This document shows positions 25,831 to 40,749 of a stretch of DNA of 64,000 nucleotides, in pieces (position 1 is the stretch's first letter; every line of letters starts with the position of its first letter). Location of the stretch: NCBI GenBank assembly GCA_973895155.1, contig OZ316895.1, positions 9,040,184 through 9,104,183 of the forward strand. The letters run 5' to 3'. The notes below the pieces were generated by a model. That model did no database searches. It worked only from the letters and a program-made list of their open reading frames with translations, and was not told where the DNA came from. Position numbers and translations under genes: made by a program. The DNA is from Marsupella aquatica (lineage: Eukaryota; Plantae; Marchantiophyta).

Positions 25831-28800
25831 TAGGAAAGTATGCGATGTTATGTTCACCGCTCTCGACGGTGTTGTTTAGTCTTGCTGTGGATGACTTTGG
25901 AAGCAAGCTCACCTTTTGCAAGGTGGGTCACCTTCGATTCAGAAACTTTGTTGGCTTGGGAGTGGTGACGTCTCGTGTGATGAGAAGGTGACACTGATCT
26001 AGAGACATATACTGGATGGACCACTAAATTGACTAATAGTACTTGATGGAACACTAAATCGACTAATATTACTTGATGGACCCTTGAGGCCCCATGATAT
26101 TTTCTGTACGCTGATTTAAGGTCCATGAGCGGTCCGGATCACTCATGGGGTCATCAAGTAACCCTTCTCATTGTGTGGGTCCCATCAACTATATCTCCCC
26201 ACTAATCTATGTGGAAGGTGAGATTATTGTGTTTGGGCTGGACCAGCGTAAGAACTAAGATTCCGCTGACATCTTTGTGAAGACCCGTGTGATGATGGTA
26301 AAGATTCTAGCCTTTCCTGGGCTTTGAGAAGGTGCAACCTGAGAGAATAGTGATTCGGAATAGTCGGTTCTGCATCTACAGTTCTGCTTCTTCCAGACGT
26401 GGCATAAGAAGGGTTTTGCGAGCCAGCGAATCCAACTACTGTAGAGTTGGTCAGCTGCCGAGCATTGGTTTTTATTACCCACTTTGACTCAGATTTTACA
26501 TGACTGTCTACTCCTTTTCTTCGGAAGTAGTGGTCAATTTAAGGACTTACGTAGAGGCACTTTCCCAACAGTCGACAAGTAGCAACCGGCTTGAAAATGT
26601 TGATCTGAGGGAAAGTTTCCTGATCATTTGCTGGTTACAATTTCCAAGTCATTTCTTTCTTGTGACATGAGAAGCATTGTTTATCTACTGATAGTGCAGA
26701 TTGCTGAGACCTTAATCATGGAGTGTCCATCCTGGAGTCAACTGATCGCTGAAATCACCTTGAGGCCCCTCTTTCCGTGTCACGTTGACATTCTTGAAAT
26801 ATGAGGATCCTTCTAAACTGCATACCGTCAGGTCCCTCCTTCCCTCTAACCCTTTTTTCTTAAGGGGGGAAAAAAATTAAGGGGAGATCTCTGGAAATCC
26901 CATAGAAGAGAAATGTTTGAACCCAAGACCTCTGAGCTTCCCTATGAGACATTGTCTCCCTGTAATCTTACCAATCTTGAAATAACGGGACCACTCTGAC
27001 CTGAACACCTTGGCCACTGTTAGTTTCTAAGTTTCCCGCCAAAGATTATATCACCTGAAAAGGTTTTTTCCGTAAACCGAACCGGAATAAATAATTAACG
27101 TAGCAATTCTTGTTGATGTGAGACTACACGGGTCAAAACTTGTCATTCAGGCAAGACATTGAGTACTTTGGAGGTTGGGTGCACTTCGCAATACAACCCC
27201 CACCTACAGTAAAGGGTATGGAAGTTCGGGGAATTTTTGGATGAAGAGAGGCACACCGTGCTCCTTTTCCTACACTGTGCAGCGACTAAACAGCTACGTG
27301 TGCAGTGTTACAGGAACGTGGTTGGCAGCTGTTATAACAGCAGTTCGTCTGGTATTCCAACTGTATTCGTTTACATGCCTCTACATGCCACTCCCCGCTG
27401 CTACCACCTTCTTTGCTTCTGCCTTGAACGAGGTTCTCGCCAGCCTGACTGCGACTACCTCTAAGTGAAACTACCGACAGAATACCTGCCTGCCTAATGC
27501 AAAGAGGTTAAACCGCACAACTCGACATCCTGGCCAGTCTGCAGAGAAATCTACTGGAACATGGTGCCTTCGTTTGTCTCAAAGAAGTAGCTCGAGCTAA
27601 ACCCAATAACGGGTGCTTTGGGAAGGTCCGGTTGAAAGGACAACATTTGTAATCTTTGCACTAGCTCATATTGAATCAAGTGTTCCGTCTTGCCCTCACG
27701 TATCGTTCTGCAGCTTCAACGAGTGGCTTTAGGAGGGAAACACAATTACAGACCTTTGAATCAGACCAGATGATGCGTGCTACTGTCTTGTTCAGTGTCA
27801 TATACTCCACAAAAATTGATAATTATTATTCCGATACTCCGATCAAAACTCCATATGAGGAAGACAAAAGATTACGCAACCCCTCCCTTCGGATCAGCCC
27901 TCTCTATATGGTCTCTCTTTCTTGTTGTTATCCAAAAAACTTTTCGAGGAACAAGCAAAATAAAAATTCCGTAATCAGAAAGAAAGGTGCTTATCGGACG
28001 ATATCAACTTCCCAATCCAGAGATGACCTTTACCAAGTTCTTGACGGTTCAAGACAATGAACGAGCCTCTCATCTACCTCTCAGAATTTTTAAGAGGTAG
28101 TCTTCGGAACGGTCCTCGCGCTTGAGAAAAAAGGTTCCAAACGCTTGACATACAGCCCCAGTTGTTGCTTACCAGATAAACACAATCAGAACAGAAAGCA
28201 GTCAATTCGTCCGAGTTAACAAGAAATAATTTCCCCGTTCCATGGCCCCACACTTGACAAGTCCTGTCCACCAGTGCCGACTTCTGGCACCAAAGCTTTC
28301 CGCATTATTGGAGCTACAAACTGCCTGCAAACATCTATGTCCACAGCCCGACCGCGCATCACAGGAATAGATACTACCCAAATGGCTAGAGAAACTGTCC
28401 TTGAGAAGCTGAATAAGAAACGACAAACTAGGAGCAAAGGAGATACCACCAATAGCCGTCGACTTCAGGCGACTAAACTGGACATGTCCATTAGGAATGA
28501 ATATCAGGAATGAAACAAGAGATAGAGATACCTTGGAAATGGGTTAAAGAAACATATTAGAACCAAGAAAGCGAACTTGAGATGCGTCAGAAATATCTAC
28601 CTGCAGTTCAAGTACCAACGAAGTAAGTCCACCGGGATCATGCGCACATGAAGTTCTTCGTGACCAAATTAGACGAAATTTTGTGCCTCCTGGATGGGAA
28701 AATGATTATGCATATTACTTTAGAAAATCCCATAACATACACAGAAAAATCAAATCACGAACGGACCATCCAACATACCTCAACCTGACTATCGGCAAAC

Positions 28801-28948
28801 ATTATGTTAAATTCACAAAATGCACTGCGGGTAAAATATAATTGCTAATTACTCGCTTATATACACACGGAGTCATTGTCCATAGTCATGATGTAAACAG
28901 TAAAGTGGTACCCAAGCTAGCAAACGAGACACGAACTTTCAGAAGTGT

Positions 28949-28974
28949 TATATATATATATATATATATATATA
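28949..28974. repeat. (TA)13 microsatellite
   Basis: Direct reading. Confidence 0.95.
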
Positions 28975-30025
28975 TTCTTTACACAATTGGTTGCTAAGAA
29001 CTTCCCTGCTAAGGACTCGTTCTATACTTTATATTAAAAGACATTTTTCTATGCACGAAGATAAACTTTTATAATTCGGGGAAGCATACAAGAATCACAC
29101 TGTTCGAGCTTTCCAGCAAATGTACTCGGACCGGAAAGGTTTGAGTCCACAAAGTGACCATCTTAAAAGTCTACGAACCACATCCACGCGTTACTTTCTG
29201 GAATGCAAAACGGTCATACTGTATTGTGCCAATCGACATCAACAAACACGCCTCACATGCTGCCAATAGGAAGGACAAACAAGGTTGGAAGCACATGACA
29301 GCTGAGTGCCTCACATTCCTGCAAGGAGGAACCCAACACAAAGCCCTTTAAAAAGACTTTTGATAACCCACACGAGAACTAAATAAGAAAGGACAAATGC
29401 CTCCTTTCGAACAAACATTACATGAACTGTAAATTCACTTGTGCCTTGCCGAAACTTATTCATCGAATATAAACAAAGCTAATTGTCTTCCTGGACACTT
29501 GCTCTTCCATTTTTGGGTTTGCCACCCTCCCTTCCCCACCCCACAACCCCCTCTTCTAGGTTCTTAACCCAATAAAAATCCCAGTTGCTATTACAAGGAG
29601 AAAAATTCTACTCACCTAACATGAAGCTCAACGTCATTACTAATGAGGTGCCATCACTACATTTGCATCGGTCTACTAGCATGGCAAGCACACTCTGGAG
29701 GGAACGACTTAACCATCCTGGCACATAGCAAGAAAGCACAGAAGAATGCTGTAGTGCCATATAGGTCGACCAGCCAGAACATCATCTACCTATCAAGACG
29801 ACGACGAGCACTGAGTGCCCAAGTATACCTATTTACTTCAGCATCTTCCCACATTCCAATCGTTCAGATGCAGCAGGTCGATACAATGCGCTACAACTCA
29901 CTTCAATCGCATACAAACTTACCTCATCATCCTTACCAAAGAGCACCAGAGTACTACTTCTCACTTACGATGATATGGAGGTAGAATTGAAAACTTGTCC
30001 AAGCCTCCTGGAAGCTCGGACACTA

Positions 30026-31456
30026 TCAATCAACGTCTTCCTGTCTTGCCTCCGACATCATTATATCCCCATCTTCATCAGTTCTAGATGATGGCGTACC
30101 CTGTCCACCACTTCCTGATGACGCATTTGTGGATCCTCTGTTGCCTCCACCTTGGCTAGATGTTTCTGCTTGTCCGCTCGCAGGGGCTGGTGGATTAGAT
30201 GAGCGGAAGAACCAAGGAAGATGAAATGAAATTCTCCTTCCAGAACTATTTCCAGAATTGCCGGAGCCTGTGGTTCCTGTGGTAGCTGTACTGGGTGGTG
30301 TTTGAGTTGTTGGTGGGGTTACTACAGTGCTCGTAGCAGCACTGGATCCTGCATTACTGGTAGTTTCTCTACTAGGTTCATTCCCGTATCTACCAACGAA
30401 GGCCCCAGGCCACATAGGGTAGCCTCCAGCAGCATTCCCTCCGTCGGGGATAGCCAAACCGCGCACAGGAATTGCATTGCTAGAAGCTACAGGGTCTGAG
30501 GTTCGATTAGAGTTGTACTCAGGGTCATCTGTGGGCATCTCGTAACGACAAACTGGACATGAATTGTGTTGGACAAGCCACGGAAGTATGCAATCTTGAT
30601 GATACATATGCTTACAAGGCATCTGCCGCACCTGTGATCCAAGCTCAAATTCATCTTTACATACAGCACACTGTGCAGCATCAGTTCCCAGGTGCTCTTC
30701 CGCAATTTGAATAGTTGGCATTGCTTCTATCGAAGACTTAGATGCCGGAGGTGTGCCATACCTGTTCGGGTCGTTCTCAGCCAACTGTTGTATGAGCTGA
30801 TCCAGCCCTGGCCCTAAAAAGTAATCCCCAATGTTTCCGGGCAACCGTCTCGGAACGCCCGTTCCATTATCAAAGAAAACCTCCACATTACCGCCACCCC
30901 CCAAAAAATTCTGCACTTGTCCCTGAAAAACCAGCATAGGATTATTAAAAGGCGGCCCTGCCTCCATCACGGGCAGCCTATTTCTGCCGCCCTCTCCTCC
31001 ACCTCCACCCTCCCCGTCAGGGCCCCCGTCGTTTCCTCCAGCTCCAAACGCTATGGCTCCCGGTTGATTCGGGGGCTGAATTTGCTGCAACACGGCTGAC
31101 ATGGTTTCCAGAACGCTCAAAATTGCTTGGTGACCCCCAGGACCTCTACCTCTCTGACCTGGTCCCTGATACCTACGAAACCCAGCTGGAGCCCCAGCCC
31201 CGTCTGTGGGGACGAGCAATCCAGCCCTCAGATTCCCACCAGACGCAGCATTTCCACCAAAAACATCAGACTGCAGGTATGAAGGATCTGGCATGGCCAA
31301 GCCTGGAGGCCCGCCGTCTAAGGCAGGCGACTCCATTTCCTCCACGAACCCTCCGCTGCATATGGGGCAGATGACTTCATCTCCTCCAGCGTTGCTCGGC
31401 CTCACTGTGCGATTGCATTGGTAGCACCAATATGCAGAACCTGCAGCTGACGACAT
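30026..31456 (-). CDS. RING-H2 E3 ubiquitin ligase with N-terminal zinc ribbon (RNF126/RING1/RHC-like), 476 aa
   Basis: YWCYQCNRTV...CPICSGGFVEEM zinc ribbon; DYFLGPGLDQLIQQLAENDPNRYGTPPASK; RING-H2 CAVCKDEF...MPCKHMYHQDCILPWLVQHNSCPVCR. Single uninterrupted ORF. Confidence 0.96.
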   Translation of the reverse strand: MSSAAGSAYWCYQCNRTVRPSNAGGDEVICPICSGGFVEEMESPALDGGPPGLAMPDPSYLQSDVFGGNAASGGNLRAGLLVPTDGAGAPAGFRRYQGPGQRGRGPGGHQAILSVLETMSAVLQQIQPPNQPGAIAFGAGGNDGGPDGEGGGGGEGGRNRLPVMEAGPPFNNPMLVFQGQVQNFLGGGGNVEVFFDNGTGVPRRLPGNIGDYFLGPGLDQLIQQLAENDPNRYGTPPASKSSIEAMPTIQIAEEHLGTDAAQCAVCKDEFELGSQVRQMPCKHMYHQDCILPWLVQHNSCPVCRYEMPTDDPEYNSNRTSDPVASSNAIPVRGLAIPDGGNAAGGYPMWPGAFVGRYGNEPSRETTSNAGSSAATSTVVTPPTTQTPPSTATTGTTGSGNSGNSSGRRISFHLPWFFRSSNPPAPASGQAETSSQGGGNRGSTNASSGSGGQGTPSSRTDEDGDIMMSEARQEDVD

Positions 31457-32883
31457 CTATCTGCCTACACCACTGCTGCCACTCTTTGCTGCTGAAGTTC
31501 AACGACGATAGGATTTCCGTGATTGCAGCACGACCGAGAGTGCGAGACGCCGAAGGCTAACTTCGTCTCCACACCAACCAAGTCCACAAGCTCCGATACA
31601 GCAAACCGATTGACTGCTAGCAGCGGGCGACAAAAATTGTAGAGAAAACACAGCAGATTTCAAGTGAGTCAAAAACTAGGGTAAACTGCGTCCAACTCTT
31701 GGGAAACAACGCACTGCGCTACCAATTGGCGACGCGACGCTGACCCACCCTCAATTTCGCTTCCAAACAAACGGCAGCACCAACCAAACGAAGGAATTGC
31801 TCTTACAGTTCGAGGCAGACGGGGCAGTGAGTCACTGAGCTCTCAAGCCACACCGCGCAGCGCCGAATCAATGTCCTCGAGAAATCCTCCAGGATAATCC
31901 CCGTTCCTTTCCAGACACATCTCTGACCTAATCCACCTCCTCCGTCCCTCGATCACACCATCGCTCCTCCTCTATTCCCCCGTTGTCTCTCCCTCCCTTG
32001 CTCCCTCCTTCTCCTCCGACCACCCAACGCAAATCCGATTGATCGGCAGATTCACCCTCCGCAGTCCCTCTCCCACTTTCTCGGGTCCGTCCTCGTTTCA
32101 ATCTCCAACGACCGCACGACCCAAGTCCTCCCTTCCACAATGAGTGAATGAATCAATCTATCATCAATCCACCAAGCTTCTTCCGATCAGGCAGCCAGCC
32201 ACCAGCCCATCAAACGCACCCCCTGCACAAATCGACCGAATCAGCCGAATCCGTCCCACGAACGCAATCCGCTCTTCGAGCAACAGTCCCGCAAATAGTG
32301 GCCACGCGCAACAGCAGCACTCCTCCTGTACCGATACAAAAATGCCCGGCTGAGGTATCCCCGTCCACGCCGAATAGATCGACCCACCGACCGTCTCCAA
32401 CGACACCCTGCTGACAAGTGTGGATTGTTGAACGCCTCCGAACGATGCCTAGCAAGCACTGCTACGAGCCAAGTCGCAAAACGAATGAAAAAAATTTAAA
32501 AAATTGGTGGTTTCCTTGATTGCTTGCTCGCTCCCACCAACGCAAGGGTCAAATGCCGAAGAAGCAAAGGATCAACAACTTACTATCAAATGCGGAAGAA
32601 GAAGCAAAGGAAGGGACGAAGGAAACGAAAGGGTTATGTTATCAAATGGAGAAGGAGCAATCGAAGGAAGCAAAGGAAGCAAGCAAACGAAGGAACGAGA
32701 CACACGACAGAGTCATCGCATGGAGAGAAGCAAAGGAAGGAACGAACGAAAGACTACGGTACGCCCCCTTAGGGGGGCCAGCCAAATCTGCGACACGCGG
32801 AAAATCCACACCAGAAGAACGAAGAAGATGAAGACGAAGACGACCCGACATGACCTCAGCGGAACCCCTGCCCGGGTTCAGTA

Positions 32884-33306
32884 CAGTCTACTATGCATAA
32901 GTGCACTGTTTATAAGTGCATTTCGTGGGTAACTGTGCAAATAGTGTAGTTCCCTAATATTATTGCATTTTCATTTGCAAAATGCAACAAAAATGCGTCA
33001 CTAAATGACAAATATATATGTGCATTTCAGTCAATAAGCATGCATATGCTAGAAGCATTTGTTGATTTGTGCAATTCGATAACACACACATGGAACTCCA
33101 GGTATCTGGAGTCCTATGTGTGACGGGACAAGATATATATGCACAAGTGCATAAGCAATTTCACATGTACTTATTGGAAAGTATAGCATGCACATATGGA
33201 TAAGTGCATACACGACATCACATGCACTTATTGCATAGTGCATAACAAGGATAAGTGCCAGTTTGTGGTGCCTTCCTGGGAGCTTGCACTTAGACACAGT
33301 AGACTG
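32884..33306. mobile_element. Stowaway/Tc1-mariner-like MITE, 423 bp
   Basis: Imperfect 22-bp TIR CAGTCTACTATGCATAAGTGCA / TGCACTTAGACACAGTAGACTG, TA on both sides, internal ATAAGTGCA motifs. Confidence 0.8.
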
Positions 33307-34439
33307 TAGTGCGGAATGAGTGCCATGCCCACTCACTGTCTTGCTGCCCTTTTGGGCTCGTTTCTCCTTGTCATTCTGACTGTACTGCTGCCCTCAGCCA
33401 GTGGAGTCCTCACCAGCTTAGTTTTTAATCTTTGAGGTTTTCCTGTTTTCTCGTGTGCTGGCAAATGTCACCTTGTGCAAAGAGGAAGACGTTACAAATA
33501 CTATCTATTTCATTTTTGTACATTAAGTTATGATCTTTGGGTCCTAGATTTAAGGGTAACCATTATATTCTGGCTAGTAAGGCCAATGACTGGGTGGAAA
33601 ACTGGCTAACGGAACAGAAAGAACTAAAAGTGGCCAAAAAACAAATGGAGAGGTGGAATCTACCAAAAACATTCACTAGAAAAATGTTGGTCCACTCACC
33701 TTGCCTCTACCAGAAGTCTGTGTACCACAATGCCATCCTGGGTGCTTGGTGAAAACATTCATTATTTCTCATTTTAGGATACAACTCAAGGCTAGAATGT
33801 TCTTTGAATGTTCTAGTTTTTAATCTTAAAAACAACATACACACTGAAACATAGCAGTTTTTACACCAGGATAGTTTAGAATATTCTTACAATATGACAT
33901 AATTCGTTCTCTCCCAACACCCCCAAAATATTTTGTGAAGTTAGACCTCAATTTTTTTAATAGACCTTTGCTTTTTTAGCCAACCCAGATGGCACTTCAA
34001 ATCTATCCATATCCCCTATTATATCGTGCTGCAGCCCTCGCACTCTCGTACCTCGGACTGCCCCGAAGGAGGTCCCCACTACGGTACTAGAATATTTTGC
34101 TATCCCGTCTGCTCGCCCCTTTCCACGCTGCGTCAGCCCGGGCCCCGGGACCCTATGCCTCGACGTTGCCCTTCACGGGGGCGCTTGCCCAATCGCCCGC
34201 CCCCACACTGGGAGCTCTCTCCTCCTCCCTGCCCTGCCCCGCCCCACATGATTTTCCCCGCCCCTACGGTCTACCCCACCATTCTCTTTATCCGTCCACC
34301 GAACGACTCCCTGCACCGTGCTCAGGTACGGCTAGACAGAGGGTCCGTGGCACCTTGTGTTTCATTTTATTTAAAGCCTCATCATTGGGAACAGGCCCTC
34401 ATTTCTCCCAGCTTGTTGGAGCCCTTGGTCCGTGGAAGA

Positions 34440-34800
34440 AACTCTCACAATAAGGTTTCATAGGTACCCTCCCCCTCAATTTTAAAGGTCCAAATTTCAA
34501 AATTCTCCCAGTTTTGGGAGCCCTTTGTCGTTGACGAACGCTCACAATAGGGTTTCATGCCCACTCCTTTAAAGGTGTTCCAAATTTCCAAAACTTCCCA
34601 GTTTTTGAGCCCTTCCTCTAGGGAGGTAACTCTCACAATAGAGTTTCATAGGTGCCCTCACCCTCAGTTTTTGAGGTCTTCCGAATTTCCAATCTCCCAG
34701 TTTTCGGAACTCTTCTCCAGATGGCAACTCTCACAACAGGGTTTCATCCGTGCCTTCACCCTCAATTTTAAAGATCTTCCAAATCTCCAATTTCTCCTAG
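34440..34800. repeat. ~95-bp tandem repeat, ~4 diverged copies
   Basis: CTCACAA(T/C)A(A/G)(G/A)GTTTCAT...TCCCAGTTTT units start at ~34440, 34538, 34628 and 34726. Confidence 0.8.
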
Positions 34801-37051
34801 TTTGTTGGGAAGTGCTCTCACTATTGGATTCCATGTCCCAACAATGACCTTGCTATTTTGTTGTTACCACATCCCCTAACTAATATCATCAAGAGAAACT
34901 TAATTTATGAAGCAATTAATCAAGATTCATTAAGATTATTGTGAAGTAAGATTAAGATTCACTGAAATTCAAAGATTTATGAAGTAATTAATCAAGAGAA
35001 ACTTAATTCACTGCACAATGGATTTTTGAGTATTCTTCGTAATAAATATCCAAACAAAATCTCTGCATTGCAGAAATTGAAGCCCGAATTGACCTTCACG
35101 TTTACCACAATGCTCGAATAGACTTTTACAGGACCTTCACGTTTACCAAAATGCTCGGATAGACATTTACAACTTGATTGGCTGCACAAAACCCTTGGTT
35201 CTGCTCTTATAGTACATAGACAAGCAAATGTGACAAGAAAACTAGACAGTCATCTTTGGGAATTTGTAAGTCAATTTTCACTGAAATTTATTGATATTAG
35301 GTTCATTGGAAAGATGTTTTGGGGCCATTTCTAACAAACCCAAAAGAATCAATTGCACTGATTATTGAGGGAGATACTGAATGTCAAAGATAGCTGCTCA
35401 AATACTGTTGGATGAGCCAAATGTGGACAGCAAGAGATCGAGTAATTTTGAGAATTCAGAATTCCCTCAATCTTTCTCGAAAACCATAGATGTTAGACAG
35501 GTTGGCAAGATTTTTCAAAGTCAATTCTAATGTGTTGAACTCAAACTTGCTGTTGAAAACTTTTGAAAACAAAAAAAGGATGTCAATGAGTGAAGGTGTG
35601 CAAGGTGTCAGGGTAGATGGGAGTTGCATGGCTCTCAGGTCGGTCCATTGGAGGATCATTTTCCTGCATTACCTGAATATAGCTGACCAGATTTTGTTAG
35701 GCAAGTCATGATGTGAAAAAGAATAATTTAGAGACCAGTAAACTCCCTTGAACCATGTTGAAATCCAACAAACAAAACTCAAACATTAATTTAGTATTCC
35801 AAACCCCAAAATGATGGGATCATACTAGTCAAGAGATTCTGAACACTATGAGCATGAAACCCATTCCCCTGCCAATTTTGTTGGCAATTTTAGTGTGAGT
35901 TGTGGCCCAATGGTGTTTGTTATTCCTTTCCTGAAATAAGTTTGGTGCTTGGTTGCCTTTCACTAAAATTAATAATGATACTAAAACTATACTGTTTACC
36001 CAACCATGACAAAAAGGTAAGATAACACACAAGACCCAAGATAGCGTATATCTTGTACCAGCTAGGATCCCGGCTAGGATTAGACAAGGGATTGGATCAC
36101 CTACAAGGCAAAAGACATGTAATGTTGCGGAGATCAGCTAAGAAACTACTGCTCAGCAACTGGTGACAATACAACCTAGTCAAGCAAGACTAAAGAAAGG
36201 TGCTGCCGTGGTTACTTTCACAATGAATTGAATGGGTCACCTGATCTGCTCCCTGCATAAAAGTAAGTGGCCTTCCAGCTCTATATATTGCTTAAATCTG
36301 AAAACCTTGTCTACATTGTCATACTTGCTTCAACATTTTCCTCTTTGTTGATCAACTGCAACAGGATCTGTTTGAATGTGTATTTTTTTAGGCAGAACCG
36401 TTCCTTCCAGGTCTGATGTACAGTTGCAACCAGTGCAAAAGCTTGGTATAATCTATTTCTAAAATATCTTCATATCTTCCATCCAACTGGCTCCATGCAT
36501 TTTCAAGACTTGCCATAGGCAGGGTTGCACCTTCCAAGAATCGCAGCTCATCACTTTTGAGGTTGTCACTCCTTCAATGTCAAACTATGTGCAACCATGG
36601 ACCTACTAGGGCTGCACCATTTGCTCTCAACAAAAATCAGTCATTGGGTCTATGTTCTCAACATTAAAGGTGTTGAAACCAAAGAATGTGCATGGGAGAA
36701 GTTTGCCGTTGTTGTGTTCATGAGACAGATGGTCAAAAACAAAAATGTGTGCACTGGAAAGTAGAGTAGTAAGAGCAGTGTAGTGTAATTGTGACCACTA
36801 GCCTCAATGCCCATTCTTTGAATGTTAATGAAATGATGACAAAAATCATCATGCATGTCATCATTTTAACAAACATTTAATACCATCCTCCTTTCCACCC
36901 ACATAAATTTGGGTGAGGCCTTAGAGTCACGGTCTAGAGTCTTCACTCTAGAAGCCTAGACCCCAACTCTAACTTCTCTTTGCGCTTTTTACGTTAGATG
37001 TTGTCAATGGGAATGAGGCCACAACAAAAGATTGAAAGTACCAACTAGTTT

Positions 37052-37111
37052 TACTAGACTGGAACCTTTTTTGTCCAATATTACTAGACTGGAACCTTTT
37101 TTGTCCAATAT
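37052..37111. repeat. 30-bp perfect tandem duplication
   Basis: TACTAGACTGGAACCTTTTTTGTCCAATAT x2. Confidence 0.9.
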
Positions 37112-40100
37112 CACAACTTACAATCTTCTTAAGTTAATTATCAAAACAACCTGTATGAAAGCTACAGGTTATACAGTGCCCGCAGTTCAGATTCACTTTG
37201 GACGGTGAGTACACTTTTCAGCAGCCAGGGGCAGGAAGGAGCCAGCAGGGAATGGAGCCCTTTTATATGGACAGGTGCGGTTTAAGTGATTCAACCCTGG
37301 TTAACAACAGAAGCTCCTACTGCCCCAAGAACTGGAGAATTTCATGATTCTCATCATCCTTGGAGCAGGGCACTCATGGGCACCTATTGTGAGGATGGAG
37401 GAGGAGGGCACTCTGGAATTAGGGAGGCAATGGTGGACATGGAACAAACGGAAGGCAAACTCTGGCCAAGAGAACTCTGGCCAAGAGGTTTAGTAGTGCG
37501 GGTGCATGAATTTTATTTGAGGGGGGTGGAGACTGTTGGATTGCTGAATACTACAGTAGCAGGGGCAGTAAGATCTCTTGCGGCTAAACCAGGCTTAAGT
37601 GTCTTAACCCAAGACCAAAAATTTGCAGTGAGGTAATTAAGCAAAAAAGGTGGCAAGTTGAGATATTCCACAAAAAGGTAAATTTAGTAAAACCGAGATC
37701 TGGATGATAGCCTTCCCTCTCGGCCACTCTTCCCCCACACTCCTTGGAGGAAAACTGGTGGATCCAAGTCACCATAGTAAGTCAATAATGTTCTTAACAA
37801 AGTAACAAGTTGGAGAAAAAAATGATTATTTAATCCTCTATAGCTTTGGGGCAGTGATGGCTTAAGGTACAAAAGAGAAGCACAGTCGCACAGACAAGGA
37901 GGAAATAGAAGGAACCAGTTGCTCAGGTGTAGAGGAGAGAGGGGATTCAGGGTGGGGTGGAACTTTCCTCGTTGCAACACTTGGAGATACAAAAAGTCCA
38001 ATTTCATGTGTCCGTCTCTTGTTCAAGATGCATGTCACCATAACAATGTTGTTAAACACCTCCTTGCTACGATCCCATTGACAAGAAGAAGAACTATATA
38101 CTTCAGATAATTCTAAGTGTCATGTGGCAACACACAGAGGGCCACATATGCATATAGAAAGGTGATGTGGCATGGGGCAAGGGAACCTTGGAAATTTGCG
38201 CTTTAAGAGATAAAAGTAGTGGTGAGGGAGTCTAGGTTAGCAGCATTTTGTTTCTCTCATCTAGTGATTAATTATTTGAAAATTTATTGTACAAAAGTAG
38301 TAAAGGTGTGCAAAACCCTTAAGTGTTAATTTACTGGGTATTTTGAGATACCCCGGGAAAGCTTTGACTAGAAAGTGATGCCGAGAGTGATGCTCCCATG
38401 GCCCACCATGCTGGTCTTTTGAAACCTCCATTGATCACATTTTTTCCCAAAATTTGAGTTTAATTGTAATAACTTGATGTTTATCAATTGAAATATTTTT
38501 TAGTTTTGAGTATAAAAATAAATGCTCAGATTTTATTAGTAAAATATTTTACCTTATAAAATACACATATTAGATAATATTCTATGAATTTAAGTTTATA
38601 TTACATTCTTTTACCTTATACACTTTTTATAAATTTGCTAATTTCCATCAAACATACCTATTCTGATTGCATGTGGTTCAAACAGTGTATGGTAGTTGAC
38701 CCTCGATATACAACCCAAGAGATTCCTGAGTTTTTTACAAACATATAGAACATGCCCACTATGAGGAAGGAGGTGGTGCTTCATTTGCTTGGTCCTCCAC
38801 CACAAATATCATCTGCTGATTGTACAAAATATGAAATCATCACTATTAATTATAGGGGTAGATCTTTACCTCTTATCCTTCTTTCTAGGGTTTTAGGGTT
38901 TAAACTTGCCCTCTTCTTTTGAGGTTGGTGTTTGTCCTCTTCGGACCTCTTTTGCTTTACTCCACTGGGCCTTCTTTGCCCCCTTTTGATAAATTGGTCC
39001 CTTCCTAAAATAAATAAATATACCTCATTGTCCAACTTTCCTCCCAATCTACTCCATCCTTGAATTGCGCTTTAGTAGCTATGACTGCTGGAGATAACAA
39101 AGCATGGAGTGCACTCTATAAAACAAGATTAGGTTAAGGAGCAAGAGACCATTCAAGTTGGCAAGGGACACTTGTTGTGCATGCAAGTAGCCTTTATGCA
39201 TCATCAAAACCCATTGGAAGCACTTGCAATCCAGAAACATTTTCATATGGTTTTGACCAAAGTTTTATAAAGCCTAGGAAGTAAAATAAAATGTTTACAA
39301 CAAAAACACATTCCTTACTTCCTAACTTAGATAAAAGTAAAATGTATCATTTAATATTTATATTATATTTCCTTTATGAAATAGATGTACTCTAATTAGG
39401 TCAGAATCAAACATGGTATCTAAAAAATACACTAAATTAACCCTCTGATTGTGGAGGAAAGTCCTTGGTGCTTAGTTTGCTTTATCTTATATTAGTTTGG
39501 TGTAAAGACACATCTCATAGGGAGTGACATGGATCTCTCAATCTGCAATCTGACTATCATTTTAGCATGACAACATCTTTGCCAAGAAGCTTGTGTAATA
39601 TAGTCAATTGATTCATACAATTATGATCCAAGTCTCCTTGTTAGGCCTTCGGCATACCACAGGCTTTACTAGCCCTTCAATTTGCAAAATTTGGCCAATG
39701 TAGTTAGGGCCCATTTGTGTTTTCCATTCTTTTCAAACCTGGTATTTGGAAGAACAAATTAATGATTGTGAGAATAGCTTATCACCATGGAAGTCTACTG
39801 AAACTGGACCTGCATCGTGAAGGACAATGGATCTATATGCAACAGTCATAGGTAAATCACTTTTGACAAAGGGGTCCACATTTCATAACTTATGTGTTAT
39901 GACTTACAACCACACATCTTATGGACTCAAACTTTCATGCTCCATAACTTTTGGTTCTCAATGAAGGCCACAAGGGAAGGCAGAAGAAAATATATAAATG
40001 TGGCTCTTAAGAAAATTACAGGCAAGTGCCAAAAACCAGAATAGGGATGAGAAGTAATCACTACTAGTCAATGCTGATTAGCCCTGGCAATTAGGGAGGC

Positions 40101-40749
40101 TGCTGCCCATTGCTTCTATTAAGCACAAGAAGCAATCTCGATGCACATTAATGTGGTTAATCGTACTTAGGAGGGCAGCGGGTTGTTTCATGGTGTTTCA
40201 GGCAGTTTTGGCTGTCATGTCGCCTGCCCCAACACTCCGGGGGGTCACTTTCATGGAAGTGGCATGTCATGTGCGACGAAGTATAGGCCCATTTAAATGT
40301 GTGTGACGGAAGACTTAAAAAGTTTTGTAGAAGAACACATAGGGCATGTTTTATTGACTGGTTGCTTTAAAGAACACATAGGTCTATTAAATTGTAAAAA
40401 TTACTTTCCTTAAAGTTTTTAGGGGTTTTTTAGTAAAAAATGGCAAAATTTAAAGAAAGAAAGGGTTTTGCAAAAAAAAATTCACTTATAAGTCAGGGGA
40501 GTCAAACCCTAAAACATCGCACGCGATGTTTGACCCAAGCCCCAACAGGGACACCCTCACAAGCGAGCCCCTATCCCTCTGCTGGCCCGATGCCCTCCAG
40601 CCCGCGCCTCATGGGCCATGGCCTTCGGCCTGCCACCACCCCATCCCACCACCCATCCCATTGCGTTGCCACTTCCACCCCGTCATGTTGCCACTTCCAT
40701 CCCGTCGACCCAAGATATGTCATGGGGTACGCTTTCAACATTAAACTGA

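Noticed and set aside
31928-32932. Several overlapping ORFs upstream of the RING gene
   Set aside because: Low-complexity purine/pyrimidine-skewed 5' UTR, intron or promoter sequence with no motifs.
35300-38100. Possible LINE or DNA-TE coding remnants
   Set aside because: Only weak hints (e.g. NKVTSWRKK); no diagnostic RT, endonuclease or transposase motif could be read.
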